This document shows positions 1-12,439 of a stretch of 51,597 bases of DNA, one piece after another. The notes beneath the pieces were generated by a model that worked only from the letters and a program-made list of their open reading frames with translations, had not been told where the DNA came from and ran no database searches. Made by a program: the position numbers and the translations under genes. How positions within the stretch are numbered: position 1 is the first letter of the stretch; each line of letters begins with the position of its first letter. Source of the DNA: Girardia tigrina (taxonomy: Eukaryota); contig MQRK01241907.1 in NCBI GenBank assembly GCA_001938485.1, forward strand, positions 1-51,597, written 5' to 3'.

Positions 1-2
1 TT

Positions 3-242
3 GGTCCATTTATGATTGAGAATTCGGTCAACCATCTTTTCGATTTTATTGCAAAATATAATAGCTGAATCTTCGCCTTTCCTATAGTTGATTATTTCTT
101 GCAGATCTTGAATCAGCGATGTTGGTCTTTTGAATGCTTTCCTGAGTCTGTCAACGAAATTAAAAATCTTACTGTCCACATTTTCATACGTGGCAAGCAA
201 ATCACGGTGTATAAATGCTTTAACCACCAGTGGTTGTAATGT
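3..242 (-). mobile_element. Open minus-strand frame running off the window start; possible LTR-retrotransposon gag fragment
   Basis: 80 stop-free codons (TLQPLVVKAFIHRDLLATYENVDSKIFNFVDRLRKAFKRPTSLIQDLQEIINYRKGEDSAIIFCNKIEKMVDRILNHKWT) between the gap and the window edge. The helical pattern with RKGEDSAxxFxxKIxxM resembles gag capsid motifs; the family call is tentative. Confidence 0.35.
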
Positions 243-1094
243 CTNNNNNNNNNNNNNNNNNNNNNNNNNNNNNNNNNNNNNNNNNNNNNNNNNNNNNNNN
301 NNNNNNNNNNNNNNNNNNNNNNNNNNNNNNNNNNNNNNNNNNNNNNNNNNNNNNNNNNNNNNNNNNNNNNNNNNNNNNNNNNNNNNNNNNNNNNNNNNNN
401 NNNNNNNNNNNNNNNNNNNNNNNNNNNNNNNNNNNNNNNNNNNNNNNNNNNAAACACAATATTAAAACAAATCAGGAGTTTATAAAATTAATCTGGATCC
501 AAATTACAATTTAATATATATATGCAATATGATAATTTAATATAAATAGTAATATATAGTTAATTTTCCTTACATGTAGGAATTGAAAAACATCGATAAA
601 TGGCGTTGTTGAAAGTTTAAAAACGTGGTAATATAAAAAGCTCTTTTTATACATGTAATTATTTACAATACAATTTGCATTAAATAAATATAAAAGTCTG
701 ATGCTTTATAAATTACATATCTCCAATAAAAATCAAATTAATCAAGTGTCCTACCGATATGCAGATTTTACATATTCGTACTGATAATCAAAATATGAAA
801 AAATGAGATCTTCAACGAAGTAATAAGAATCGATAATAATTACTCAAATATTTATTAATTTCATCAAAACATTTATTATCCAAAAATCCATATAATATAA
901 ATGTGTGATAAATTCAATTTTGTTTATATATTTATCGTTAGTCAATTCAGTTTCAGTTTGTTTACGGCGGCACTTTCAAATGCTAAAATTTCATTTCAAA
1001 TTTAAACTGGAAATAATTGACGCCAATTATCAATTAAATTCCATCGAATCATTAATTAAATTATCAAAATAAATTTTAGATTGATTAATTATCA

Positions 1095-1468
1095 ATGAAA
1101 AATAGAGTGCACAGAAACGGTTATTCGACAACGACCGAATCGAATAAGAATAAACATATCTTTTTTGAACAATTCGAAGAGGCTCCCTATGTACACGCTG
1201 TGATCACTTATTTTTGCTATATCATTTTGAATTTGATCGGTCGATTGAGAGATTTCTTGCGGCGTTGGAATTTTGAAAAGAACCACGCTGCAACAGCACC
1301 AATCAAAACCTGTGATTTCGTGCCACTTTATCAGGACTACGAGGCTTTCTACACGAGGAATCTGTATCGGAGGATCCGGGACTGCTGGAATCGACCGATC
1401 TCCAGTGTTCCTGGGGCCACAATGGAGCTGGTCGAGCGGACTTCCGAGGACAACAACTGGACCTTCAA
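1095..1468 (+). CDS. SPTLC2: Serine palmitoyltransferase 2 (LCB2) coding exon 1
   Basis: ATG at 1095. FEEAP...FVPLYQDYEAFYTRNLYRRIRDCWNRPISSVPGA...DNNWTFK matches the LCB2 N-terminus. Donor AA|GTTTCG at 1469, phase 2. Confidence 0.93.
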
Positions 1469-1650
1469 GTTTCGATTTGATTTTTGCAGTTACATGATGA
1501 TTTCTTGGAGTTTTATTAGTTTAAGTAACTCCTACAATTTTTATAAATGATCAATTATCAAATTTATTCTTAATACGTTTAGGGTTAAAATATTATTTTC
1601 ATAGATTATCACCTTTTCTATAGATTATCGTATTTTACTTATATTATCAC

Positions 1651-3337
1651 TGTGAGGGATAATTTGGAATGTTGTAAGTTTGTTGTTTGTATGCTGTTTA
1701 GATTTGTGACTCTCCTACTCAGATGGGATTGATATGTTATTGATTGATTATTTGAATCTAATGATATTAATTTTAAGTACTAATTAATTAAAGTTTTATA
1801 ATTATGAATTTTAATAATATTTTTAGTAAACGATTTTAACTTTTTATGCCCGGGCGCCGGCATGATTTTCTCATAAAAAGCCGAATACCCACGAGATAAA
1901 TTTCCTATGTTGTATCATTCCATGATGCATGTTTCGACTGTCAACTCCCACAATAAAGATAAAATAGCTCTTTTCATTGCATAAGCTGTTTCACAATTCC
2001 AAAAATACTATTTTCCGTTTCAGAAGGTAGCTGTCGACGAAGTAGGAGTTCAGTTCAAGGGGCGCTCAAAATACATCCAATATAATCCTATGAAGCACAA
2101 TAAGTGGCACTTGAAGAGTTACGCCCTTGCTGATAGCATGAATGGGTATGTATGGAATTTGATACCATACTTTGGGAAAGATACAATTTATCCGTCGCAA
2201 GAATCAAAACTAGTTTCAGAAAATATTGTCAAATCACTTGTCCTAAATTTGGGGCAAGGTCACCACATATACGGAGATAGGTTTTATACTTCAGTCAACC
2301 TTGTATCTTCACTGTATGATGATGGAATGTATTATACAGGTACTATCAATACAAACCGCAAGAATTTGCCTGATAATCTGAAATCAGTCAAAATACAACA
2401 ATTGGAACAAAAAATTGGAGATCAAAAGATGGAAAGATATTAGCTATTTGATGGCGTGATAAACATAAAGTCAAATCTACTGCCATATTACTTTCTAGTT
2501 TTCATAATGCTGGTGTTGTGAAAGTTACGAGAAAATTTGAAAGAAACATTGATATACCTGTTTCAGTTGACGATTATAATCGAAACATGAGGGCGGTGGA
2601 TATAGTTGGTCAATATGCTAGCTATTACAGTTTGTGCGAAAGGCGTTCAAAGAAGTGGTGGAAGAAATTGTTTTGGCAATTATTTGAAATATATCAATTC
2701 AATTCGTACATAATTTATTCCATGGTAAATTATTCTAAAATTGGATTTCTGAAGTATAAGCGAAATCTGTTATCCGAATTAGCCAGAAAGTCTTTTGTTG
2801 ATTTAGAAGGAGTTATATCGTATGAAAGAAAAACGCCTGGCATACCAGTTACAGAACCATTGCCTTTCCGACTGAAAAAAGACTGCATGCATCTAGTGGA
2901 TTGCGATGACAAATCTAGGGAGTGTAATGTATGCAGTAGCCGTTCTCAAAGTTGCAGGAAAGAAACAAACTACTATTGCATAAGTTGCACAGATCATCCA
3001 CATCTGCATGCAAAAACATGTTTTGCAAAATATCTCCAACATTTGAACTATAAATCATAAACTACGGATTTCATTGTGTTATAATGACTGAACACGTAAG
3101 TACAATGTGTAATTATAATGACTAAATGTTGTAAAATGTTGTCCTAAAATAAACTGGTTACCTAAAATAACCCTTAAAATATATCGTTACAAAAAAATCT
3201 TTTTTTCAAAATTTTTGGTATTTCATTTTTATTTGAAAAATAATTCCGGACATAAAAGGTTAATTTATTAAATTTAATGTATTTTAAAAATTAATGTTCA
3301 TTTTCAAAAATTACGTAATGCCCTTTATCCAATAACA
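1651..3337 (+). repeat. Dispersed ~260-bp repeat (TGTGAGG...CCAATAACA), interrupted by the piggyBac; related copies at 6580-6865 (-) and 23618-23874 (-)
   Basis: Shared TGTGAGGRA start and TCTCCYACYCAGATGG core in all three copies; TTATCCAATAA end shared with the 23.6-kb copy. TG...CA ends suggest a solo LTR, but no TSD was seen. Confidence 0.5.
1840..3259 (+). mobile_element. piggyBac element, internally deleted, with a decayed PGBD4-like transposase
   Basis: TTAA at 1836-1839 and 3260-3263. TIRs CTTTTTATGCCCGG / CCGGACATAAAAGG. Motifs VAVDE..FKGR, GDRFYTS, DYNRNMRAVD, KKWWKKLF and a C-terminal Cys-rich domain (CxxC...CxxC...H..C). Frameshift near 2430. Confidence 0.92.
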
Positions 3338-3708
3338 TTTAAGAAATTAAAAGTTAATATTAAAAAATTTCCCATTGATGTTTTTTTTAGATTTGAATAC
3401 AGAAACAAAAACTTTATCAATCAAAGAAAGATGCTCTCTGAAAATTGTTGTGAAGAATCTGTTTGTGTTGTCAATAAATTGTTTGCATTCAAATTGTGAT
3501 GTTGTTAATAATCACTTTATAGATAATGGCTTTTCCATCGATCATCACTTTTATAAAAAATAAAACAAAATAACAAAACAGATTGAAGATATACTTATTA
3601 ATAACATCAATATGATTTTTCGAACATTCGTTAATATCACAAGCAGAATTGTCATTGCAACAATTCTTCAAATCACTTTCACTATTCGACATTCTTTCTT
3701 GATTAATA

Positions 3709-3778
3709 CCGTGTTTCTCGAAATATAAGACACTGTCTTACATTAATTTTGATGGAAAAATTACCAGTAGGTCTTATA
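3709..3778 (+). mobile_element. Single end of a pogo/Tigger-like MITE
   Basis: TA|CCGTGTTTCTCGAAATATAAGACACTGTCTTA resembles Tigger-type termini; the partner end was not found. Confidence 0.4.
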
Positions 3779-4080
3779 CGAGCACTGTTCGGTTTCGTTA
3801 AGATTAGAATTTAAATAAGTTAATTTTATGTTTCAATAAATTTAGAATTTTGTAAATTAATTTTGAGTAAATTAAATAAAAATAAAAAAAAACTAGTTAA
3901 AAATTTAACGATATATATATTTATATGGAGAAATTGAGTGTATATATATATATATATATTTATATATTTCGTTTAAGATTTGGTTTTTGTTTAAACCAAT
4001 TACGGTAACTCCGTAATTGGGTAATTGTTATAATTTAATGAATCAATCAAATAATTATATACTGAATTGCATTCTGAATT

Positions 4081-4961
4081 TTGATAATAGTGGGAGAAAA
4101 GTATGAGCGACTGGGTACAACCGATTTTGATACCCCAATAAAAAATGAATGTTTTGTTAAGAGAAGAAAAATTACTGATAAAAACTCATTGGAAATTGAC
4201 GGATACGAAAACGTAAATAACATTCAAAATAATTCCGAAAAAACTTCTACTGCAGATTCTAAGTCATGCCAGAAATATAACAAGCATATAAATGAATATG
4301 AAGTGACCGGATTGTCGGATTGTGAACATCGGTTCTGTTCTGAATGTATTCGAACATCAGGCGACGAAAAACGTTTTAGACGTTCAATTTGTAATGTCGA
4401 ATATTTCTGGTTCTTTCACGTTTCAAGGGGAAATCGATTATTTATCGGATCTTTTGATCCGCTACGAGCAGCAATAATAGAAACGGTCAACCAAAGCAAA
4501 GATTTTATTACTGAATTCCAAACGAAAATAAATTCGAAAAATCCGTNNNNNNNNNNNNNNNNNNNNNNNNNNNNNNNNNNNNNNNNNNNNNNNNNNNNNN
4601 NNNNNNNNNNNNNNNNNNNNNNNNNNNNNNNNNNNNNNNNNNNNNNNNNNNNNNNNNNNNNNNNNNNNNNNNNNNNNNNNNNNNNNNNNNNNNNNNNNNN
4701 NNNNNNNNNNNNNNNNNNNNNNNNNNNNNNNNNNNNNNNNNAATAGAGATAAAAACAATAATAATAATAAATTAGAGAACATCATTATCGAACCCACTTC
4801 CCTCTCCTTGATGACCCGCGGAGATGATATAAGCTTCCACTGCGCTGCTACTGCAACAAGCACATTTATTAAGATCGATATTATCAATAAATTTATTGTA
4901 CTCAACAGCACGCTTAACTATTTCAGAGTCTTCAATTTGTCTATGAGGACTATAGATGTAT
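4081..4961 (+). pseudogene. Intron-nested degenerate C3HC4 RING-finger ORF crossing an assembly gap
   Basis: CQKY...CEHRFCSEC...RSIC: two expected Cys codons read TAT (4276) and CGT (4381), each one substitution from TGT. A further open + frame follows the gap (4742-4961); continuity across the gap is unproven. Confidence 0.5.
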
Positions 4962-4989
4962 AAATAAAAATTATTCTGTAAATTATATA

Positions 4990-5831
4990 CCGGTTTGGCT
5001 CAAAAGTTTATACTTGTTGGTGAAATCCTGGAAGAATTGCTGCGGTTTTGAGTTAGCCAATTATTGAATATCGTATAATACAGCAGATGAACTGGCGTAA
5101 TCCTTTCCTTGAAAGGCAGATTTCTTTGGTCGAAAAAGGTAATAATCCGAGGGGACCAAGTCTGGCGAGTAAGGTATATGTTCAAAAATGTTGAGACGAA
5201 GCTGAGTAATCTTCTCTTGTGTGATGGTAGCACTATGGGGCCTCGCATTGTCGTGCTGGAGGTTGCACAAATAGCGCTTTCCCATTTGAATCAATCGTCT
5301 TCTCACAGTCTCCTTTTCACTCCCAATGCACTCAGCAATTTTTCTTGTTGTAGCTCGCGGATCTTCTTTGAGAACAGTTAGTATCTCCTCTTCCAAATTG
5401 TATGACAACCGTCCACTGCGTGGCTCATCCTGACAGATAAAGTTTCCACTATTGAATTTTGCTACCCAGTTCTAAAGCCTACTGTACCTTCACCAAGAAT
5501 CCAGTTGATTTCATTATGATTATTGGCAGTTGACAGTCCTCTCTTACAGTTGTAATAAATGATTTTTCTAATATCTTTTCGAGAAAACTGCATTTTCAGT
5601 ACGAATACTCACTAGAAAAACGAAAAACATTCGTAATAGATTTAAACAATGTTTAATTTCATACAAATTAAGTATTTTATTATAAAAGTTCTGTTCCAAT
5701 TGTGAAAATTTTAACATATATTGTTAACAAAACTACTGAAGAGTACATGGTAAAAATTTCATTAACCGCAAATGCATTGAACTAATTTTAGAAAGCTTTA
5801 TTCATCTGCAGAAACTTTTGAGCCAAACCTG
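4990..5831 (-). mobile_element. mariner element, internally deleted
   Basis: TIRs CCGGTTTGGCTCAAAAGTTT / AAACTTTTGAGCCAAACCTG with a left TA. Minus-strand HTH (EDPRATTRKIAECIG) fused directly to QHDNARPH...PYSPDLVPSDYYLF. Confidence 0.88.
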
Positions 5832-6579
5832 TTTTACATGAACATGTTTGTCATATTTATATTTGTACAAAAGTATATATGAAACACCAATATGGGTTTT
5901 CCACACATTTATTTTCATCACAGCTTGAATTGTCTTTTGGACAATTCATAGTAAAGCTTTCGTAGTTGGACATTGATAAGATTTTGTTAATGTATCGTTA
6001 AAAAACAATTATTAGAACAAATTTTCATCTCAAATGTTTTTTTTGTCAGATTTTATTTTGAAAATTCTACTTTTAATTTCGTTAATAATTTTTTCTAAAA
6101 ATTAATTAAATTTTAAAATTAATTTTATTCAAAGAAACACATTTATTTAATCAATTTAAAAATGAGTAATAAATTATTTAAATTATCAAAATTTTTAATA
6201 TTCAAATGTTTAACATTTTAGTTTTTTTTAAAATTTTTATGTTGTAATTAAAAATTCAAACTATTAAGAACATTTAGACAAGTCTCGTTTGAATTTTTAT
6301 TACAATCACATTTAAAATCATTATGACTCTCAGAAAGTCTTTCATCGTTTGCCATCGTTCTAATTGGTTTTCTTATTTTTACTTTTAATCATGATTATTC
6401 GAACAATTTTTCTAAGTCATTTTTTAGAATATTTAACTTCTAAAAATTATTAATTAAAATAATAATTTTTACCATTTCTCAATAAATCCCAAAATAATAA
6501 AAATGTCATCAAATTATTAAAAATACATTTAATTTAAATTTTACTAAAAAATATTAAACTTAATTTTAATTGATAAATT

Positions 6580-6865
6580 AAAAAATATGAACTTATAAAA
6601 TGATTATTTTAATTATGTTCGAATAGTCAATCACTTTAAATTTAAATAAAAAATACCAATTTCCATCTGGGTGGGAGAATCACCATTCTAAATTCAACAT
6701 ACTTAAATCAACATACAGCATCCATACATTTACACATTCAAACAATTTAAAATATTCCTCACACAAACTATGCTCGATTCAATGCGAACATCAAAATACC
6801 AATTTTCCGTCATACTAAACTCAATATACAACATTTAACATATTAAATTTAAAATACTCCTCACA
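6580..6865 (-). repeat. Copy, with partial tandem duplication, of the TGTGAGG/CCATCTGGGT repeat
   Basis: CCATCTGGGTGGGAGA at 6663...ATTCCTCACA at 6763, followed by a second partial unit AAAATACCAATTTTCC...ACTCCTCACA ending at 6865. Confidence 0.55.
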
Positions 6866-7869
6866 GTCTTAATAAATGAAGGCATATAAACTTCTTGAGA
6901 TAAAATGGCTGTTTTAAGTGATGTGTTCTACTTCATTATTGGCACCAAAACATCTTGTCAATGTAAACATGTTCATATTAAGCTCAGTATACTTTTGTTG
7001 AAAGAATCAATTGAATATTAAAGATAAAGAATTCAAAATTAACCTTGAAGAATCTTGGAATCTTTTATAATAATTACCAGCCATCGCCATGTTTATCTAA
7101 ATTGCTTCTATTTTAGTTTCAAATATTAGTGTATGTTAAAATTTGTTATTTCTTCATTTTTCTTTACAATAAATGAGTTGTTCAATGGTAAATTTGAGCT
7201 GTAATTATTCATAATTCATTAGCAAAAATTTATAAGAGCAGCATCTGTTGTCAGTAATCTACGTAACTAACTCAACAATGTTTACAATTTGTTAATCATT
7301 GAGCATCATTGTGGGTGTGTTGATCTTTTGCTGCTGACACGCGACTTGATGATGCGATCAAATGTTTGCAGAATCCATTCTATTATTAACTCATTTTTTT
7401 CTCGCGTAGTCATTCTTAATCACTTATTAATACAGCTTTTGCTTTTCGTCTATTTTTATGTACTACATATATTTTAAAAATTCTATATAAAAATTGTACA
7501 ACAAAAAACATCATGTCAATAACCATTTATTATTTCATAAAAATCCCGACATTTTTTGTTCTTAACAGAACATAATGTTTCGAATTTTAGCGAAATAATA
7601 AATATTTGGTAAATAATAAAGCACAGATGATCGTTCTCCATTATATGCATCAATGTGCCAATCGTTTCTCTTCAATGAGAAATGGAACATTCAAAAAGGT
7701 TGTATAAAAATTGGTCTACCCCTTACTCAAACACCGGCTTTAGTCCTCATGAAGCTGATCGAAGTGCACATAAGTATGTATAAAATGGATATAAACCATA
7801 TATTCTTAGCTTTTCTAGACAAAGTTTACTTAAAACCATTTCCGAATGCCAAGGATTTGATATTCTTAA

Positions 7870-8389
7870 CCCTTCGTAACTCAATATCCTAAAAAACATA
7901 AATATTGTGTGAAACAGTAGCTCTTTGTAAATAATGAAACACGTATTTTTTATTTATTTTTAACATAAACATATAAAAAATTATAAAAAATGGAGTGTTA
8001 CAGTTCAATGTGACAGAACTGTCCCAAACATACATTTCTTTGATACAACAATATTTCAAATTATTTTATATAACTAAGTAAATAAAATCCAAAATAATCA
8101 ATTTATCTTTGTGTTTTTTCAAAAATAACAACAATATCAATAGCACAAATACTTTTATTTTTTAAAGAAATTTGCATGCGCGCACTCCACACAATGTAAT
8201 AGAGAGAACTGTCAAATTCATCATCCTACCACCAACGCCACCTGTAGGTACTAATAAATCACCGATGTTGTATAGATCGGTGTGTAACAGATATGCAACA
8301 GTGATTTAAAATGTGATATGTTAATAGTTAGATATCCTGTAAGAGTTACAATGGTTTGTTACAGAAGTGTAACACCATGTTACGAAGGG
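7870..8389. mobile_element. piggyBac-type MITE
   Basis: TTAA|CCCTTCGTAAC ... GTTACGAAGGG|TTAA; no coding capacity. Confidence 0.8.
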
Positions 8390-10193
8390 TTAAGAAATTT
8401 TTCAATAATAATATGTACCTGAATAATAAAATAGACTAAAATTAGGCAAATGTTGGACAGAAACCAAGGAAAATAAAGGTAAATGCATTTTAAAAATTCC
8501 ATATTCAGAAGGATTTAAAAACTTTAGAATAAAATCAATAAAATGTCGACAATGTTAAAATAGAGTCAGTAACATCTAACGTTAGAGACTTCCTTATAGT
8601 CAAATTGAAAATCGACAATTGAACAAAAGCTAATTTTGTGTTCAAATTTTATTGTACAAGTACCCATATTAGACTTTAATTATCAGTACCCTGTATTAGG
8701 GTGCAACCGATGCAAAGGAAACACATTCAAAACAATAATAAACTTTTATTTAAAGCTAACTTACAAAAAAATTATATAATATTATTTCAGTTACATCTTA
8801 TACAAAGGTATACTAATAAGGACCATTCCATGAAACGGATGCACGAAATAAATGTTTGCATTGTAACGAAATTACAAATGGTTTAAATTATTTTTTTCAT
8901 GGTTATGGTTATAGGGTTAATCATACTTACAAAACTGTCATTACATCAATTCTCACCCTCTTTTGTATTTAACATCTTTCTGGATTGAAAAATCTATACA
9001 TCCTTCAATTTGAAATTATTCATGCAAAATATTAGGTGTATAAGAATTAGGAAATTTTTAATTACTATGCTTGATTTTTAATTATTTAATCTCATAGTAT
9101 CAATAATTAAAAATTAACTATTTAATTCTTAAAAAATATTTAAATCATTAAAAAATTATAGTTGGTTTAAAGTTTTTATTCTTTTTGAATTCTGTATTTT
9201 CTATACTGTGATTCCTACCTTAAAACCTCAGTTTTAATTCACGTATTTTTATAACTATCTTAGTCATTTTTAGACCTATTTAGCTGAAAAAAGACGTGAA
9301 ATATTGGACGAAAAAATATGTACTAAAGAAAATATTTTAAATATCAGTCAACCGTCAGGATATGAAGAGACACCATTTTATAACAATATATAACATACTA
9401 AATACAACATTAGAAAATATTCTTTGAATTATAATAGAAAATGTTTTGTGGAATTTTGTATTTTTCGGAAAATATTTTGCATTCTTCGAGTGCATCGTTA
9501 AGTCAAAATACGAAGAAAATCATAGGAAACAAATCCTAAAATTTGAATCTTGTTCTCATTAGCATTGATCACAAAATAATTCCTGGCTTTCTATCTGTTT
9601 CATCTCAATATAGTTTGTGGGACACGCAAATTTATTAACAAATTTTTCTGATAAAAAAATTAAATGTGTCAAAAATTGGTTAACATAAATCTGGTATTCA
9701 TAAACTTCTTGAAAGAATGTTACAATCTTTTAAGAGAATATCTATTTCAGTTACAAAAATTTCCATTCCTGTTTTTCGATGTCTTTTAAAACATTACTTT
9801 ATGGTAGCTTTTAAACAATAATGTATCAAATTAATGCATTATTTAAGTTATACATGTTCCTTCTGTTACTGTTCTTCATCAAACTACTTTTAAGTATCAT
9901 TTAAGTATTGCAAACATGACGTGTTAATATATTAGACATTTTTAACATCTTAATTTGAAATTTCATCTTCGAAATTATAATTTACGAGTTCCGGAAATAT
10001 GAAAATGTAACCTGAGTCAACAAAGGTTTGTATAGTACCTTTCGCAATCCTATTTTTATAACCTTTCAGAGATAGGAACAGTTCGAGTCATTTTAAGCAA
10101 TAATAAATAATTGAGTTTCCTATCATTTTATAAAAACAAGTTCTAAACTTAATTGTCTTTATTTGTTAATTTTATTACATTTTTTTTGTATAG

Positions 10194-10464
10194 ACATCTC
10201 AATACCACGAGAAAAGTTATAAATTTTGGATCTTACAACTATCTTGGATTTGCTCAAAATGAAGGAAACTGTGCGGACGCCGTGGAAAAATCCATTACAA
10301 AATACGGAATTGGTGTTGGATCACCGCGCCAAGAGAGCGGTACTCATATATTACACCAAAAACTGGAACAATTAGTCGCCAAATTTACCGGACAACAAGC
10401 TTCAATTGTTTTCCCAATGGGATTCGCCACAAACTCACTAAACTTGCCGATTTTAGTTGATAAA
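10194..10464 (+). CDS. SPTLC2: Serine palmitoyltransferase 2 coding exon 2
   Basis: Acceptor TTTTGTATAG|A; VINFGSYNYLGFA...FPMGFATNSLNLPILVDK; donor AAA|GTAATT, phase 0. Confidence 0.95.
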
Positions 10465-10583
10465 GTAATTATTTCATTCATAAAAATCAAAAAGTAATTT
10501 TGAAAGAACAAGAGATAATGCTTTTCTACCCGATATGTTATTCAACAAAACAAAATTTACATTTACATTGTTATTCACTAATA

Positions 10584-11885
10584 TTACGTTGGTCGAAAAA
10601 TAATGGCGGTTTTTGAGTTTTATACTTTGATTATCTACTTTGATATGCATATAAGTTTAAATGCATTAGTGTTAAATATTATTTGAAATCTTATGCCTAG
10701 CTGTATATTCCTACAGCCATTATTAACACATTGCTGTTATTTTTTAGAATATTTACGGTGCTAAATTAATAATGTAAAAAAATTAAAATTCGAGTAATTT
10801 TCTTGTACGAATTTAAACTGGGTCGTAAAGCAGCAGAAACGGCTCGCAATATCAATAAAGCGTTTGGCAAGGGAACAACTTCTGACCGCACAGTGTAACG
10901 ATGGTTCCGAAAATTTTCTGATGGAGATGAGAACCTTGAAGATGAAGAAGGTCGTGGTCGTCCAGTTGCTGTGAATAACGACAATTTGAGGACAATGGTG
11001 GAAACAGATCCCCGTAGAACAATCAGAGAACTTGCAGATGGGTTGGGCATTAGTCATTCAACAGTCCTGGATCATTTAAAACAACTTGGAAAAATCAAGA
11101 AACTTGATAAATGGGTTCTACATGATTTGAATGAAAATCAAAAGAACCGACGCTATGAAATTTGTACTGCCAATCATCTTCGCAATAAAAACAATCCATT
11201 TCTTGATCGTATTGTTACCTGTGATGAGAAATGGATCCTGTATGATAATCGACGTCGATCTGCACAGTGGTTGGACAAAGATGAAGTAGAGAAATACTTT
11301 CCAAAACCGAAACTAACACCCCGTAAGATTATGTTGACAGTTTGGTGGTGTGATGCTGGAATCATTCACTATAGTTTATTTAATCCAGGAGAGAGGAGAG
11401 GTACAGTCATGAAATTGATGAAATGCATAAAAAATTGAAAACCCTTTGTCCGGGATTGGTCAATCGAAAAAGTCCCATCCTTCTTCATGATAACGCTAGA
11501 CCTCATATTTCAAAAGTGACTCTTCAAAAGCTTAATGAGTTGGGCTATGAAACCCTGCTTCATTCACCATATTCACTATATTCACTATATTCACCATATT
11601 CACCAGACCTCTCGCCAACGGACTTCTACTTTTTCAGGCATTTGTACAACTTCCTACGTGGAAAAATTTTCCAAAATTAAAATGATGCTCAAAATGCCTT
11701 CCAAGAATTCGTCGCTTCGAGAACCGATGCATTTTATGCTGATGGAATAAAACAACTTGTTTCTCGTTGGCAAAAATGTATTGATGCCAACGGTTCATAC
11801 TTTGATTAATAATCTTTTGTTTCTGTGAATTTGCACGTCTTTGAAGTTTGTGTCCCAAAACCGCCATTATTTTCGACCAACCTAA
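10584..11885 (+). mobile_element. Full-length cecropia-subfamily (Hsmar1-like) mariner, inactivated
   Basis: TA-flanked TIRs TTACGTTGGTCGAAAAATAATGGCGGTTTT / AAAACCGCCATTATTTTCGACCAACCTAA. Motifs WVLHDL, TCDEKWILYDNRRRSAQWLD, HDNARPH, YSPDLSPTD; stops and frameshifts present. Confidence 0.95.
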
Positions 11886-12439
11886 TATATAGAAATTATT
11901 CGTTTGTATATTGAAAAGATGAGTATCGATTTCTAAATAACTTACGTATATTTTGTATTATTTTAACCCATTACAACACTACAAAAAATACATAATTACT
12001 TAACCTCTCGAAAAACTTATTGAGCGTGTTTAGATGATATATTAATATTATGTGTTTTTATTTATACAGGTTTAAGATTTATAAAACAAATTGTTTCTAA
12101 AAAATAAGTTTGTTTAAATATAAGTGTTAATCTCTTTTTTGGAGAACGTTATTTTATAATAAAATTTTGATTTGATATCGGAATCAACTTTTAGTAATAA
12201 TTCTGAAAATGTTCCAAGAATATCTAACAGTTGTCAATAAATTTTTATACAAAAAAGTTACTCAAAAATAAACCGGTGAATCACCAGCTTAATGGTTTAG
12301 TGCAAAATTTACCTTGACCGGCGTTTCATCGGCTTTTTGTTAAGAGAAAAATTCTATTTTTTCATATTTTCAATAAATTGGTTATTAATATTATCTTATG
12401 TTTGTATTTAATTTTAGAACTGAAGAACTTTATAAATTA

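Noticed and set aside
113-514. ORFs spanning the N-run
   Set aside because: Their length comes from the assembly gap.
1469-1550. ORF-track extensions of the SPT exons (also 10153-10193, 25455-25491, 42387-42499)
   Set aside because: Intronic read-through beyond splice sites; homology to LCB2 stops at the GT/AG junctions.
1921-1945. Minus-strand CGAAACATG hammerhead-like piece
   Set aside because: No CUGANGA box or stem II; it lies in piggyBac coding sequence.
8226-8250. CTCF-like CGCCACCTGTAGG inside a piggyBac MITE
   Set aside because: Single imperfect match with no supporting evidence.
8695-10055. Possible further transposon ends (TATTAGGGTGCAACC; GGACCATTCCATGAAAC; TAGTACCTTT)
   Set aside because: No convincing matching partner TIR or TSD found by eye.
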